64,000 bases of DNA. It comes from Mytilus trossulus (taxonomy: Eukaryota). This document shows, piece after piece, positions 33,801 to 47,800 of the stretch (position 1 is the first letter of the stretch; every line of letters begins with the position of its first letter). The stretch covers positions 24,986,001 to 25,050,000 of the forward strand of contig NC_086383.1 of assembly GCF_036588685.1 (NCBI RefSeq), given 5' to 3'. The translations under genes were made by a program, and so were the position numbers. The notes below the pieces were generated by a model. It searched no databases, was not told the origin of the DNA, and saw only the letters and a list, made by a program, of their open reading frames with translations.

Positions 33801-35696
33801 GAGTTGCATAAAAATGATATGCAGCCCCAACTGATAAGATATAAAGGTATTGTTCTCCCATGTACACACAGCAACCAATTACTAGATATTTATGTATATA
33901 ATTATATTTTTTGACAATTGCAAGAATATGATTAGCACCTTAGAGTTTTACTGCAGTTTGTTAATGCATATATAAGTATTTACATATTTATGACGAGTTT
34001 CTTTACATCATATAAGTATATGTATATATTTGATTGTAAATATGAATTATAGACATAAAAACTCCATAAAAGAGAGGCAAAATGTACCAGAATTAAATTC
34101 AAACTCATAAGTCGAAACGAAACCGACACAACTATGGAAAAGAAAAAACACCCCCCAAAAACGACTAACAAACACAGGAACACAAAAAAATAAAGAAAAC
34201 TAAAGACTGAGCAACAGAAACTCTACCAATGTATGTGTGCTGCTTCGTTGTCTCTTCAAGACTTTCAAAATTGGTCAAATAGCTTCTAATTATTAACAAA
34301 AACAACTTAGACTGTGATATCATTATGTTCCTTTTTCGGTGATGTATATTTCACAATTCCTAGGCCTCAATATTTATAAATATATTTGATATCTATCGGA
34401 AAGTTGTCTCATTGGCGTTTATACCAACTCTTCTTATTTTCAAATTTGATTTTTTTAGACAACCTGCTAATGCATCGATGTGTGAGTCTAAGTTCAGATC
34501 ATTGAATATTGGTAAAACATTTTGGTATTATGGTAAAAAGTGTTACGTGCTGAAACCCTGGTGGAATACTGTTTTTACAGCTATAACGTATGCTGACTGC
34601 AAGTAAGTTATCAATTATTATCTTATCTCCTATACATTTCTAGGAATATGATTGGTTAAAAGCGTCCTCGTGGAAACCGTGTATATTTAATATCAGGTTA
34701 TTTGGGAGGCGGGGCATATTTCATACACGGTTAGTCAATTAGTATTAACCTTCAAATTATGTAAATATACTTATGTTTTTTCTTGTTTGAGTGGTTAAAA
34801 CTAGTCATTTGTTGTGCCCTTTATATCTTGTTAATCGGAGTGAGCCTATGCTCCGTGTTGAAGACCGTATTTTGACCTATAATGGTTTACCTTTAAAAAC
34901 TGCTACTTAGACGGAGATTTGTCTCATTGGCACTTATACCAGATCTTTTATATCTTTTTATGACAAGGTACCTTACTCTTAGACATCACTGGTTCATATT
35001 TGATTCAATACCTTTTCCAGAATGACGAGTTGTCTTTGTCAACACTGTTGTAATCCTTGAAAGATAAACACATCGTATATTGGTTTCAAGAATTTTCATT
35101 CTTGTAATATACCAATTTTCGTGGTTTTCGTGGGTTCAGGTGAACCACGAATTCAAACGTTCAACGAATTACACATTTTCTATAGGCTTTGTACTAGTAT
35201 GCAGATATTGGCAAAACCACGAATTAAATCAAATATCCACGAAAATGCTGTTTTTTGTCAATCCACGAAAATTGATACCCACGAAAATAAATGAGTCCAC
35301 AGTAGGACATCCTGAATCAATGACCACAATGTTTTGGTGTATTGATAACAAATCTACACAGAATGCTTTCATAAATACAAACTACTTGACCCATAATTGT
35401 TAACACACATTGTGACTTGGAAGGAGAGTTGTCTCATTGGCATTCATACTACATCTTCTTATTTATACTTTACTCATTTCAGACCACAATATTGTAAGAA
35501 TGTTCCTTGCATGTCCTGGATGTTCCCATACAGATATAAGTGTGTACAAAGCAACTATAAAATCTTCAACATTTGGCTTTACTGTCCACAACCATTCCCA
35601 CGTATACACAGACTACAACTGAAAGCTCCACAATGTTGTGAATGCAGGAAATTCAAAGCACCTTGGATTGCATTGGAGGATTTAACCAAAGGGTAG
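30816..35696 (+). CDS. Spaetzle-like cystine-knot protein, type A, copy 2 (208 aa)
   Basis: Exons 30816-30836, 31570-31685, 32832-32963, 34459-34602, 35483-35696; splice sites and frame intact. Differences from A1: R54K, F80L, S82I, P85Q, G94N, E116K, E208G. Confidence 0.9.
33579..33983 (-). mobile_element. Probable 5'-truncated LINE 3' end in intron 3 of A2 (also ~54084-54495 in A3)
   Basis: On the minus strand it ends in AATAAA followed by an (ATTCTT)n tail. It splits the retrozyme 3' end (cctggtat / atttatgacgagttt) and is absent from A1. Confidence 0.5.
35108..35303. mobile_element. MITE-like fragment in intron 4 of A2 (also ~55620-55818 in A3), absent from A1
   Basis: Inverted ttttcgtgg/ccacgaaaa repeats and a terminal ccacagta. 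Relatives lie at ~23365-23420, ~36625-36810 and ~63320-63395. Confidence 0.55.
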
Positions 35697-37573
35697 AGAA
35701 ATGAGCATGTACTTTAAGTTTGAATCAGAAACTACAAGAAATTCAACTGCATATTGTGACGAAGACATAATTTTCGAATATTGTTTTTAGAAATGACATG
35801 TTTTGAAGAAAAAAACATGTAATTTTCCTTCACTTATTATATCAGTATTTTATAAATAAAAAGATTTTTGTTCAATTATATTACTTGAAACTGTTATTAT
35901 TGGAATTGCCTCTAAACACTCCCCTAGTATATCTTGCCTGATTATACCACCTTTTTTACTTCAAAGCAAAATTCCTTGGAACTAACCTTATTGCATTTCA
36001 TGAACTAATATATTTGGCGTGACCTCACTGGATACCTACAGGGGAAAGAATGTGAGGATAAAAGCGACAGTATCTCATCTTTCTGGACATGGATTCATGT
36101 TAAAAATTGTATCTTGGGGCGGCTCGATTACCTACGAAGTTGTCTACTCGTGGATGGCGTGTCCCAATTAGACCTACAAAGAATCAGATTTATACCTATT
36201 TCTCTATGCGTGTATTCCAATTGTGACTTTCTACAAACTCCTTGTTTTTATTTTGTTATTTTTTTAATGTAATAAGGCTTTACTCAAATACTTTTAAATT
36301 TTGTTAATCAATAACTATCGGAGGACAACAAGTTGAATATTATAAACAAACTCATGACGCAACCGATTTGTATTTTGCGAATTTCGCTAAAAAAACCGTC
36401 AAAATAAATCGTTGAAATATAGAATCTTTAATCTTTCTTCAAGTAAATTTGAAGGTGGCAAAATAGCCGCTGAGTGGTCTATGAGCAATAAACATGAAAT
36501 GAGGTACATGTAAGCACAACAGCATGCAGAGGTTATCAGCTAATTATCATTTTCTCTTCGGACCTGATTAATGCCGTACTTTTCTTGAATTTGTGTTCGT
36601 CAATTAAGAAATAAAACTGACCATGCTGTGGATTCTGTAATTTCATTTACTTTCGTAGGTACCAATTTTCGTTGATATTCAATTTTAAATCCGTGATTTT
36701 GCCAAAGTCTGTATATAGGTCGTAACAAATTTGTCATTCGTTGAACATTTTATTTCGTTGTTCACCTGTACCAACGAAATTCACAAAAATTGGTATTCCC
36801 CGAATAATAATAATATATCCAAATTATAAGAATTTGGCTACTTTCAATATCACTTCATGACATGTAGTTCCCTATGTTTCTACTTTCACAATTTGATGAC
36901 ATGTAGTTCCCTATTTTTCTACTTTTTCACAATTTCATCTTCCTTGCCTTTACAAATCTTTAAGATTTAGGATTCCTTAATGATATATATCTAACTGTTT
37001 TTTATTGATTGTATTACCAGTTTGAAGGGATATGCTCGATAAACAAAGTTTCAGATATTTAAATTCAAATCCATCTTTTCTATCGATTTACTTTTGTTGA
37101 TAGAACTATAATTATCAGCACCGCACAAGTACCTCATAGAAATGCCTTCCACATACATATGCATGTTTAACCTATTAGATGCACTGTGCACTGAAACAAA
37201 ATTATAAAGGGGAAAAGGGAACTAAAAAGTAATAGGTTAACTTAAGGCTCAAGAACTTTCGAATTTTCTATTTTCAAACGTTATTTTTAAGTTAAAACAT
37301 GTTTTATTTGCCTAAATATGCAGGAGGGATTAGACACAATTTATTCAAACTTATATACTAGTAGTCTTATATACGTTAAATATAAATTCATATCGTAAAA
37401 CAAACCATTATAGGTCGAGGTACGGTCTTCAACACGGAGGAAAGGCTCACATCGAACAGCAAGCTTTAAAGGCCTAAACAATTACTAGTGTAAAACCATT
37501 GAAACGGGAAATCCAACGGTCTAATCTATATAAAAAAAACGAGAAACACTTATGAACCACATAAACAAACGAC

Positions 37574-37699
37574 ATATGAACCAATCAGAATTGGGTTTAC
37601 CTACATGATATGAACCAATCAGAATTGGGTTTACCTATATGATATGAACCAATCAGAATTGGGTTTACTTACATGATATGAACCAATCAGAATTGGGTA
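37574..37699. repeat. 34-bp minisatellite x3.7
   Basis: atatgaaccaatcagaattgggtttacctacatg starts at 37574, 37608, 37642 and 37676. Confidence 0.9.
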
Positions 37700-37861
37700 T
37701 TAAGGTATGAAACATGGTTTCAAATCAAATAATGTATAAATGAAAAGACAATAACTCAGTATTTGGAATGAATTATGCCGAAACTGTTGATCTTTCTGCA
37801 GATTATACCTAGCTCTTTGAAAGGAGTTTATGACCTGGTTGTGTTGTTTGTGACTCTCCGT

Positions 37862-37965
37862 TGTATTTGACAAAACTTTTAGGAATTTTGGATTCGAGAG
37901 AAACTGATGAGACTTTTGTAGACGAAACGCGCGTCCTGCGCAAATACAATATTTAATCCTGGTAT
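37862..37965 (+). mobile_element. Retrozyme-like fragment with intact hammerhead core (paralog at ~17790-17970)
   Basis: CTGATGA 37904-37910, GAAA 37924-37927, CGCGCG-TC 37928-37935. Stem I is degraded. Confidence 0.65.
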
Positions 37966-39485
37966 ATTTTTTATCAAAAAGTAATATTTCAATACTTGGT
38001 CAATTTATCCTTCTGACAAAGTCTTTACGTTTACTTCTATAAAAAATAAAATCATAAACAAAATGCAAACATAAATTTTGCATACATTATTAAAAAGGTC
38101 AAGTATGATTAAATTGCTATATACCTTTTGATAAAAATAAACGTGATGATATAATCGGTTTTCAATATTTTTTTCAACAGTTTGACAGACTAATTCGTTA
38201 TTAATCATTTAATGTTATTGTCAAATTTAGATATTAGTGATAACCAATTTAGAAAAAGCTCACGAATACGTATACGTTGAAAAAAACTTGTTCTGTGTAA
38301 TAGAAAATTAACGTCCTACTGTTAGAATGATCCTTATTTATTCCGTATTTCCTCAAATTTCGGTTAAATAAACCGCAATATATAAATTTCGTATTGCTCA
38401 GTGTTTCATTTTCTATGACGTTTTGATTACTTTGAGAAAACAAAGGATACAGGGTTTAAATGTATGCATACTTTTTTAAAATTGTTATTTTGATTGAGAG
38501 TTCAGTGGCACTCACACCACATCTTCCTACATCTAATCAAATTTCATTGCAATTATTTTTTGTTGAGATTGGGATTTTTTCAAACGGCGTTGTCAGTTAA
38601 ATCTCGCTTCGGCTGATAAGTTTTAAATCTACCTTTAGTATCTCCCGGTCTTTTTCCCACAAATCTTACAATAGTATAACGATGTTCAAAAGTCATAAAA
38701 GAGGGGCGAAAGATACCAGAGGGACATTCGAACTCATAGTTTGATAATGAACTAAGAATGCAATGGCTAAAAGGAAAAAAGACAGATAAACAATAAAACA
38801 CAACACACAACATATAAAACTAAAGACAATGCCACACGAACCCCACCAAAAACTGGGTTTATCTCAGGTGCTTATGATTGGTAAAAGTCATTTCCTGAGA
38901 TAGCTGTATGTAGATATAGGAAGATGGGGTGTGAGTGCCAATGAGACAACTCTCCATCCAAATAACAATTTAAAAGTAAACCATTATAGGTCAATGTACG
39001 GCCTTCAACACGGAGGTTTGGCTCAAACCGAACAATAAGCATGTATTTATAAAGCTCTAAATCGCAACGGATTATGCCAAACTGTCTTTATATACAACTG
39101 AGACAATCTCTTTATCTGCAATAAAAAGTTATCAAAGGTACCAGGATTATGATTTAGTACGCCAGACGCGCGTTTTGTCTACATAAGACTCATACGTGAC
39201 GCTCATATCCAAAATATTTATAAAGCCAAAACATGTACAAAGTTAAAAAGCATTGCGAATTAAAAATTCAAAAAAGTTGAGCCAAATACGGCTAAGGTAA
39301 TCTATACCAATAAATTATTTATTGGACTTATAAAAAGAGCACTTTGCATGATTTTGTAAAATGACGTAATCTCATTGTCAATAAAGGGGGATAAAATGAA
39401 AGACCATCAGCTGGAACACTTTCCATTTTTTAAAGGTAAATTTTGGTTAACGTCCTGACCTCTCCTTTCGAGAGATTGTGAGTAT

Positions 39486-39794
39486 AAAACGTTATCAAAA
39501 GTACCAGGTTTATAATTTAATACGCCAGACGCGCGTTTCGTCTACATGAGACTTATCAGTGACGCTCAGACCAAAATAGGTATAACGCCTAACAAGTACA
39601 AAGTCAAAGAGCGTTGCGGACCTAAAGTTCCTAAAAGTTGTGCCAAATACGGCTAAGGTAATCTGTTCCTGGGATAAGAAATTCCTTAGTTTTTCGAAAA
39701 ATTCAAAGTTTTGTAAACAGAAAATTTATAACAAAAATACCATATATAATTGATATTCATGTCAACACCGAAGTGCTGACTACTGGGCTGTGAT
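39486..39794 (-). mobile_element. Retrozyme-like element, duplicated copy
   Basis: Minus strand 39565-39522 reads GCGTCA-CTGATAA-GTCT-CATGT-AGAC-GAAA-CGCGCG-TC-TGGCGT; stem I GCGTCA/TGGCGT pairs. A partial second copy lies at ~39122-39305. Confidence 0.75.
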
Positions 39795-40284
39795 AATATT
39801 TACGATACTATACATAAGTTATAACATTCATTGAACCTTCATTAACCACAAACTTACCATTCGTACTGTTTTCAGCACCGCATACTATGGATATTTTCAG
39901 TTATCGGGATTTGCACTGTTTACCCTTACGGAGCACATGAGATCACCCGAAAATTAAGGTTCGTGTTGCTTTGTCTTTATTTTCTATGTTGTGCTTTGTG
40001 TACTATTGTTTGTCTGTCTTTTTTGTTTTTTAACCATGGCATTGTTTTTCTTTGATTTATGAATTTAACTGTCCCTCTGGTATCTTTCGCCTCCTTGTTA
40101 AAGTTCAGCAGTTATAGGGAAAGTAGAGCGAATTCGTTTTTCTCATAACTAAAAACTAACGTCACTTCATTGGTTGAATTTCAAAATGTTTCCAACTAAT
40201 TACAAACTGCTGGTGTACTATTTTGAAAATGTTACCAAGAATGCAATAGATCCTGAAATGGCGAATATGTAATATTGAATTGTT

Positions 40285-40734
40285 GGTCCGAACCCACAAT
40301 TGTCGTCCCTTGATTTTCGTTGTTCAAAATATAGTCCCTAGTCTTGACAGTGGGTTACTTGCTATTTATTTTTATACCCCTTCCAAATTTATTTCTCAAT
40401 GTTTAATGCCTCAAATTGCAAGAAGGCGGTGAAAATTTACTGTAAAATAAATTGGGTCCAGAATTTTAAAGGAAAGTAGTGATTTGGTCCAGCTGAAAAA
40501 GTTTTAAAATTAGCACTTCGGAAGCTGTAAAAAGATTTCAAGACGCCCTAAACATAAAATTGTCCATAATTTGAGTTAGAGGCGATGAACTTTTCTTTAA
40601 TATTGATATAATTTGACCCAAAAGTAGTACAACACACTGTAAAAGTTTCTCTGAAAAAGCGCAAGTGGTTTTTATTTTTATTTTCATTTATGTTCTAAAA
40701 GAAATGCACTACAAAATAATTGTGGTCTCGGACC
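40285..40734. mobile_element. Duplicated copy of the TGTT-TSD MITE
   Basis: tgtt|GGTCCGAACCCACAATT ... AATTGTGGTCTCGGACC|tgtt. Confidence 0.8.
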
Positions 40735-41123
40735 TGTTGTGGTGTGTTGTTAAGCTTCTGCACTGCAGTTCAGTTTTATTGTTTTGTGCTTTGATTTTTT
40801 TGTCTGCTCATGTTTTGTCAATTTTAAGAAGGCACTGGCGAATATATGTGTACTTATATTAAAGTCGAAGTTTTACATATGATTATACATAGTTTTTTGT
40901 CTGATGGTCATTGTCGAGTTGGCTTTTCAGCGGTCAGTAGGCTACATATCACGTGCATCAGGACACCACTCAAAGGGTTAAAGGACAAAATCTTAAATAG
41001 CTGGGTCATTCAAAAAAAGTCGATATTATATTGATATTTTATTTTCTATTCATCATTTCTAATTGATACAGGAAGGTCTTTGTTTCAATCAAAATTTTCT
41101 CTGTCTGTCTGTCTCACTTTCTC

Positions 41124-44100
41124 TCAACATTTAAATCTTTGACATTCACAACACTGAGGCAATTTAAACCATCTTTTACCGAATCCTTTTCCTGGACAAT
41201 AGGTCCAAGCTACGTAGCCCTTGTAGTTCGATGGTGTACAACGATAGTTCTTAGCAGAACAAGGTAGGCCTACGCATGATTTTGTTCTACAAATATATAA
41301 TAAAGAATAATGTAAATTACGTTTTATTTCCGTGGAGAATTAATACAGATATATATATAAGAAAATACAAAAACACATGTTAAAAGGGTTCATTTCCTAT
41401 AGCTAAAACTTATTAGTTATAAATCTTTTATCTGTACAAATTTATTCAACAAATTGTAACAATATTTGTTGAGTTATTCCATTGCGCAGTTCAAACAATA
41501 TATTTTGAGGTTTTGTTTGCTTGTATTACTCAATTTATTTCACTTGACTGGGCGGAGTTTATTCAGTTCGCTCCTAATAAACCAGTCCATCTATAGATGG
41601 GTGTTTTATGATACACTCATCAATGCATTGTCCAGTCATTCTTTTCTAAATTCCTTTGAGGTCACTGATAGGTGATTAGAAATAAGTAATAACTATAACG
41701 GCAATCATCATAATCACACACATTTTCAAATCGACTGTCCTAATGCAAATTAAAACGTAAGCTCCGCCCGATCAGTTGAAATAACATTGGTAATAAAATA
41801 CAGCCAGTAATTATATTTAAAATACTTCAAACGCGGGGTGTAAAGACTGACACCAGTTGTTTGTCTAGATATACACCGGTTGTCTTCTCCTGAATGAAAA
41901 CCTTTAATTCGGATGTCTATCATATTTGTATTACTAGATTTATTTCACTTGACTGGGCGGAAGTTAGCTTATTTAAGACCAGTCCATCTATAGACATGAG
42001 TTTTGGGATAAACTCATCATTTATAAAGTGTTCAGTTATTCGTCCCATATCATACACTCGGTTCTTTAGATATGCGTTTGATGACACTGACAAGTGATTA
42101 GAATTCAATATATCAATTAAAACGGCAATCCTTCTTATCGCACACATCTTCAAATAAACTGTCCTTATGCAATTAAAACATAAGCTCCGTCCGATCAGTT
42201 GAAATAACATTGGTAATACGTATGCACAAAAAGCGTATGAACTCGGAATATTTTAAAAAAATGTCTATCATATTTGTACTCACGCGCAAACAGCGTATGA
42301 GAGAGAAGTATTTTAATAAAATTTCTTTCATATTTGTACTTTTTCGCAAACTGTTTATGAAAGCGGAGTGTTTTGATAAATTTTCTACCATATTTGTACT
42401 TACGAGCACACAGCGTATGACAGTGGGGTATTCCACCATCTATTGAGAATCCAACACTTTCCTAGACTACTGCTTAGAAAATGCCATCCTCTTGGATAGA
42501 CTGTGACAAATTTGTGAGGGCAAAGGGATAATGAAAATTGCGAACTGAAAAATAAATATGCCTATAAGCAATAATTTGATTCGCTCTTGGTAATGAAACA
42601 AACAACATGGATAAACGATGAGCTGACCTTCTACTTATGATAAAAAGAGGATCAAAGAAACACTATGACAAGTGAATTACAGGTCACACATACAATTGTT
42701 GTAATTTAAAAAATTCTTGTTTTAGGTCAAACCTTCTTTAAATGAATAAGTCTTTGACCTTTTTAGCTATAGTTTGTCGGATTTCAGAGTAGCGGTTTAT
42801 ATACAGTTATGGACAAAAAGATTAAAATGATAAAACATCAGTACTTACACAGACGGAAAAAATTCCAGTTTGCTCAAACTTGCCATTTCAGCGGCGTCTT
42901 TATCGATCAGTGATTTTGTGTCCCTGTCTAACTTCTCATAAGCACCTTCTATTTCAGCTCTGGAAAGGGTAAAAACGAATTAGTTTTCATTTAAAAAAAA
43001 CATTTTAGATGCATCAATTTTGCATGTATGTTTGACAAATGCCTTTGTGCGTGTTTGTAAATTAAAAATAAAGGAAGCAATAGAAATTCAATGTTTGTAA
43101 CGTCCATTATTACACCTAAATGGCGTTTAATGAATGATACAATGTATTCGTAATCCTGTATGGCTACAATATCATATATCTTTTTTATACAAGAAATTTG
43201 CTTCAATAAAAAAAAGCGTCTGAAAGACAGAAATAAGCAAACGACATTAGCAACCACAGATATGTGTTTCTGCAATAGTTCAACCTATTTCATGACCCGA
43301 CTCCAAAAAACTATAAATACTGTGGATACATTTGTTCGTGCGTATCAATTTTCGTGGATTGAGCAAAACTTGCATTTGCGTGGCTACTTGAGTTCTCGCA
43401 TTTAATTTATTAAATTGTGACAATATGCCCTTCCCCTCCCAAAAGATGTAGAATTAAAACAAAAACGAAACGAATATCAACTTCAGAAAGATTCTTGTTG
43501 TTTTATTTTGTTTTTTAACTTACTTTGGATAGCCCTTTTCATCTTCTAATTTTCCTTGAAATGGATCTTCAGTTTTAGCCTCTGATGCACAAATCTGACT
43601 GTTGACAACAGCAACAAAACACAACAGAATCCACTGTAATAAGAATACATTATTGAAATGAAAGGCCAAAGAACCTATTAGTGACGGAACGGTTAGAAAC
43701 AATAATTAGTATTCTAAATTTTCATTCTTCAATCGTTTAAATTTTTTTTAGGAATCTGGTATTCTTATTTCCAGTTGGTTTAATTAATAGTTACATTTAG
43801 AATTAAAACGAGGCATTATTGCTCGATTTATTGCCTTCAACATAGTTACGCAAAAAACAATGTAATACTACAGTGAAAACATTTAGCTTTCCATCATTTA
43901 CTATCATTTTATAGACAAACGTACATGTTTGTCATTATCGAATCAAATGTATTTTTGTGAACACATCGCCTTATATAATATAGGATTTTGATCTATGATT
44001 TTAACAAAATTGTTCTTCATTAGCATATGCATTTTATTTTTCATTGGACGTTAAAAAAACTACCAATTAATATATCAAGCTGATGGAGATTTATTTCCAC

Positions 44101-44835
44101 GAGGGTATCACCAGCCCAGTAGTCAGCACTTCTGTGTTGACTTGAGTTATCATTGATATGTTCATAATCATAAATTAACTGTTAACAACACTTCTAACTT
44201 TTAAATTACTAAGGGTTTTCTACCTCAGGATTATATTACCTTAGCTGTATTTGGCAAAACTTTTAGGAATTTTCGGCCCTCAATGCTCTCCAACTTCGCA
44301 CTTTGTTTTGCCTTTTAAATTGTTTTGATTCGAGCGTCACTGGTAAATCTTTTGTAGACGAAACGCGCGTCTGGCGTTTATATAAAATATGAGTATATGT
44401 ATCTATGATGAGTTTATTAATACAATTTAAGATTGCTTAATGAGCAAGGAACGATACCTTTTACTATTTACTATTGAATAAATACTACCATACGCAACCA
44501 GTTTTAATTTCAATATAATTTTTGGCGGTACTTCAACTTTGTTTTATTTAACAAATGCAAGGTGTCAAAAAATGTCAGGGAAACAATTCTAAAATTAACA
44601 AATTTCTATCAGGTCACAATGGAAAATTTGATAAAACAAAATAAAAATTAACTGAGAATAAATGTTCAAATCAAGAAACTTTATTTTAAATAATGATATA
44701 ATCATAAGTATTTGAGAATATATTTAGTGAATAAAGTATATCTATTTATTTATTACTAAATCGAAGTACATGGTAAGTCATATTTTACAGTTTAGAAAAT
44801 ATTCAATCACTTACCAAAATTCTTAGAACAGCCAT
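41124..44835 (-). CDS. Spaetzle-like cystine-knot protein, type B, copy 2 (181 aa)
   Basis: Minus-strand exons 44835-44815, 43633-43524, 42959-42849, 42544-42404, 41286-41124; intact. The protein is identical to B1; the three coding differences seen are synonymous. Confidence 0.9.
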
Positions 44836-47800
44836 AGTTGTGATTTCTCTTCTTGAATGAGTCGAGTGTTGTATGATTTGAACTTCGCGGTGTCTTGCCT
44901 TTATATCGAAAAAGCATCTATATCATTGGATAAAGGATCGGCAAATGAAAATGAACGTAAACAATTTAAAGTTTGGTCATCGAACCATAAGAAAAGAAAT
45001 CGACATCACAAAGGAGTGTAGATAATATCAGTATATAATTTAATGGATAATAAGTATGACATGCGCCATAAGGCATGAACTTCTTTATTGAATTAAATAC
45101 TTAAGTAAAGTAAAACTGCTGATTTTGTTTCCGTAAATAATCCTGGTTGTAAAAAAAAACAGTATTGCTTCAGCAGACTCCATAAGGAAATACATTTACG
45201 TTAACTCAACTTATAAAAAATAAGAATTGAAGATCAAAGGAATTGTCAAATGAATTAACAAATCTAAGGTAAACGGGATCAATTAAAATTAAAACGAAAT
45301 GTGTGTAGGATGGGAAGATTCGCTTGTGTTTTCTTTGTCACTTGTTTAGCAGTGTTTACAGTACTTCCAATAAAATACATGCTTTATGTTTTGAATATTA
45401 TACTTTACTAAATGAAGAAGACACTAACATTTATTATATATTAACAAAAGAATTTTTCATCAAATAAATATATAAAATGGGTACATACACTCTTTTCAGT
45501 ATTATCAAGATAAAAAAAAGTCTCAAAATAAAAGAATTAAAAAAATTTGAGACAAAAAGCTTCAAAATAAAACATATATATATCGTCTAAAATATGCTTT
45601 TCATCGAAAAACAGTTGGTTGTTTTCAAACAAAAAGAAGATGCATATGGTTGCTGTATGTGTGTTCGCAATGAAATAATACTCAATATGATTTTAACCAC
45701 GACTACAATTTCTTTTTAGAATATTCACCTTGAATTATAGAACTATCACTTCATCAGTTTGTATTTATATATAAGAGGGACGAAAGATACCAAAGGGACT
45801 GTCAAACTCATCAATCTAAAACAAACTAACAACGCCATGGCTAAACATGGAAAAGACAAACAGAAAAACAACAGCACACCTGACACAACATAGAAAAATA
45901 AAGAATAAACAACACGAATATAACAGGTGTTCATTGATTTGATTACTCCACCATTGTCTACACACAAAAATGCCTGTACTTAGTGAGGATTATGACAGTT
46001 GTTATCCATATATTTGATGAATTGAACTTTTAATTTTGCCTTTTGATTAAGGACTTTTAATTTTTTGTTTTTTATTTTCCTCGGAGTGGGGTATATTTGT
46101 TATTTTACTTTTTGAAATTTATAAACTTCACATTTGTCTTAAATGCTGCTATTTTCAACAATCAAAAATATATTACTACTTAAAAAATAAAGCGGAAGAT
46201 ACCGAAGGTATATCTAAAACTCAAATGTCGACGAAAAACAATATAGCAATAAACTGAAAAGCACAAAAGACAAGCTAATCAACACAAAATACGATGACAT
46301 ATAGCTGTTGATTTCTGTCATTTTTGGGGATCTTGTGCAGAGTTGTCTCATTGGTAATCCTACTACATCTTCTTTTTTGTAGATACAAGGTTAGATTGTG
46401 TTAGCAAGAAAGAGACAGTGGATATCAAAGGGACGATATAAATGCATAAGCCGAAGATAGACAAAACAAAAACCCACAGAAAATGAGAAATAAAAATAAT
46501 AAATGGAGCATCAACAGTTAACAATGCACTACATAGATATCTAAAGATTGAGCAACTCCAAAAAAAAGGAGTGTCGAATAGAAAAAAAGAGTGTCGAATA
46601 GAAAAAAGAGTGCCAAATAGAAAAAAGAGTGTCGAATAGAAAAAAACGAGTGTCGAATAAAAAAAAAAGAGTGTCGAATAGTAAAAAAAAAGTGTCGAAT
46701 AGAAAAAAAAGTAGACGAATTCTTAATTAGAACCAAAAACATTTTTTTCTATCATAAATGATGGAAAGGACATAAAGGACATAAACGTGTGTTTTTGTCT
46801 ATAAGTTCATTGACTAAACACATTTTAAGTCATTTTTAAGGGTTAACTTTTTGGTTTTAAATAAAGAATGAACAAATGGATATTGTAACGTTTGTTATTT
46901 TATCATTTTCATTTAAAAAAACGAAAAAGAAAAGAAATACTTTTTTTGTATTTTCAAGATGATGTAATTTACAACAATAAAGATAAATTATTAGTTTAAG
47001 CAAGCAACTTTAAAAAAATAAGTTTTGTCAGATGAACATAAATATGTTTTAATAAAGCCTCTACATAAACATAAACTGTTGACAGATATATGCAGAATTA
47101 TCTGATAATTTTTGAAGCATTAAAATAAAATCAAAGAACTCCTAAAACCATATCATGTTAACCAAGCCCTACTAACTTCACTGGACCGTTGATGTTCGTA
47201 TATTTTACTGTAAGATTAAATGGATACATGTCCACCAATCAAAATTCTCTATCTTATTTTTCTGACAAGTATTTTACACAAAAATTTTTTAAGGGTACCA
47301 AATAATGATAATGTATAGTTTAATTTTAAAAATCTTTTATAAACTATTGAAGAAAAAAAAACAATTTCCATTTTATAATATTGGAGCTGATACTTGAATT
47401 CACAAAATTTCAAGCTTTTTCCCAAATAGTTAAATTTTTGCGTTATTATGTGAAAATGTATATGCTTTTTAAAAATTATATAACATAAGAATGTGAAGTA
47501 TGATTGCCAATGAAGATATCTATCGCCCAAAAACTAACTACAAACACATTGAAGGAACGAAATGACAATGCCAATGAGAAGCCCTTCGAGACGTATTTTG
47601 GGTTTTATTTTCTATTCACAAGTTTGGATGAATGTTTTACGCATGATCTCGGGTGAAATCCCGAAAATTAAATACAAGATAATGTGTTCAACATCAGTCA
47701 TAAAAGAATAACTTTTTTTATACGCAGAAATTTATAACCTTCCAAATATGTTTTACATGTAGCGATGTAAAATTCACATATTACTACTTTCAAGTCTATT

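Larger units (their letters stand above)
17848..36012. repeat. Segmental duplication block (B gene + intergenic + A gene)
   Basis: Colinear with 37862-56540. Its part 26812-36012 is also colinear with 1-9035. Paired near-identical ORFs in the track support this. Confidence 0.92.
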
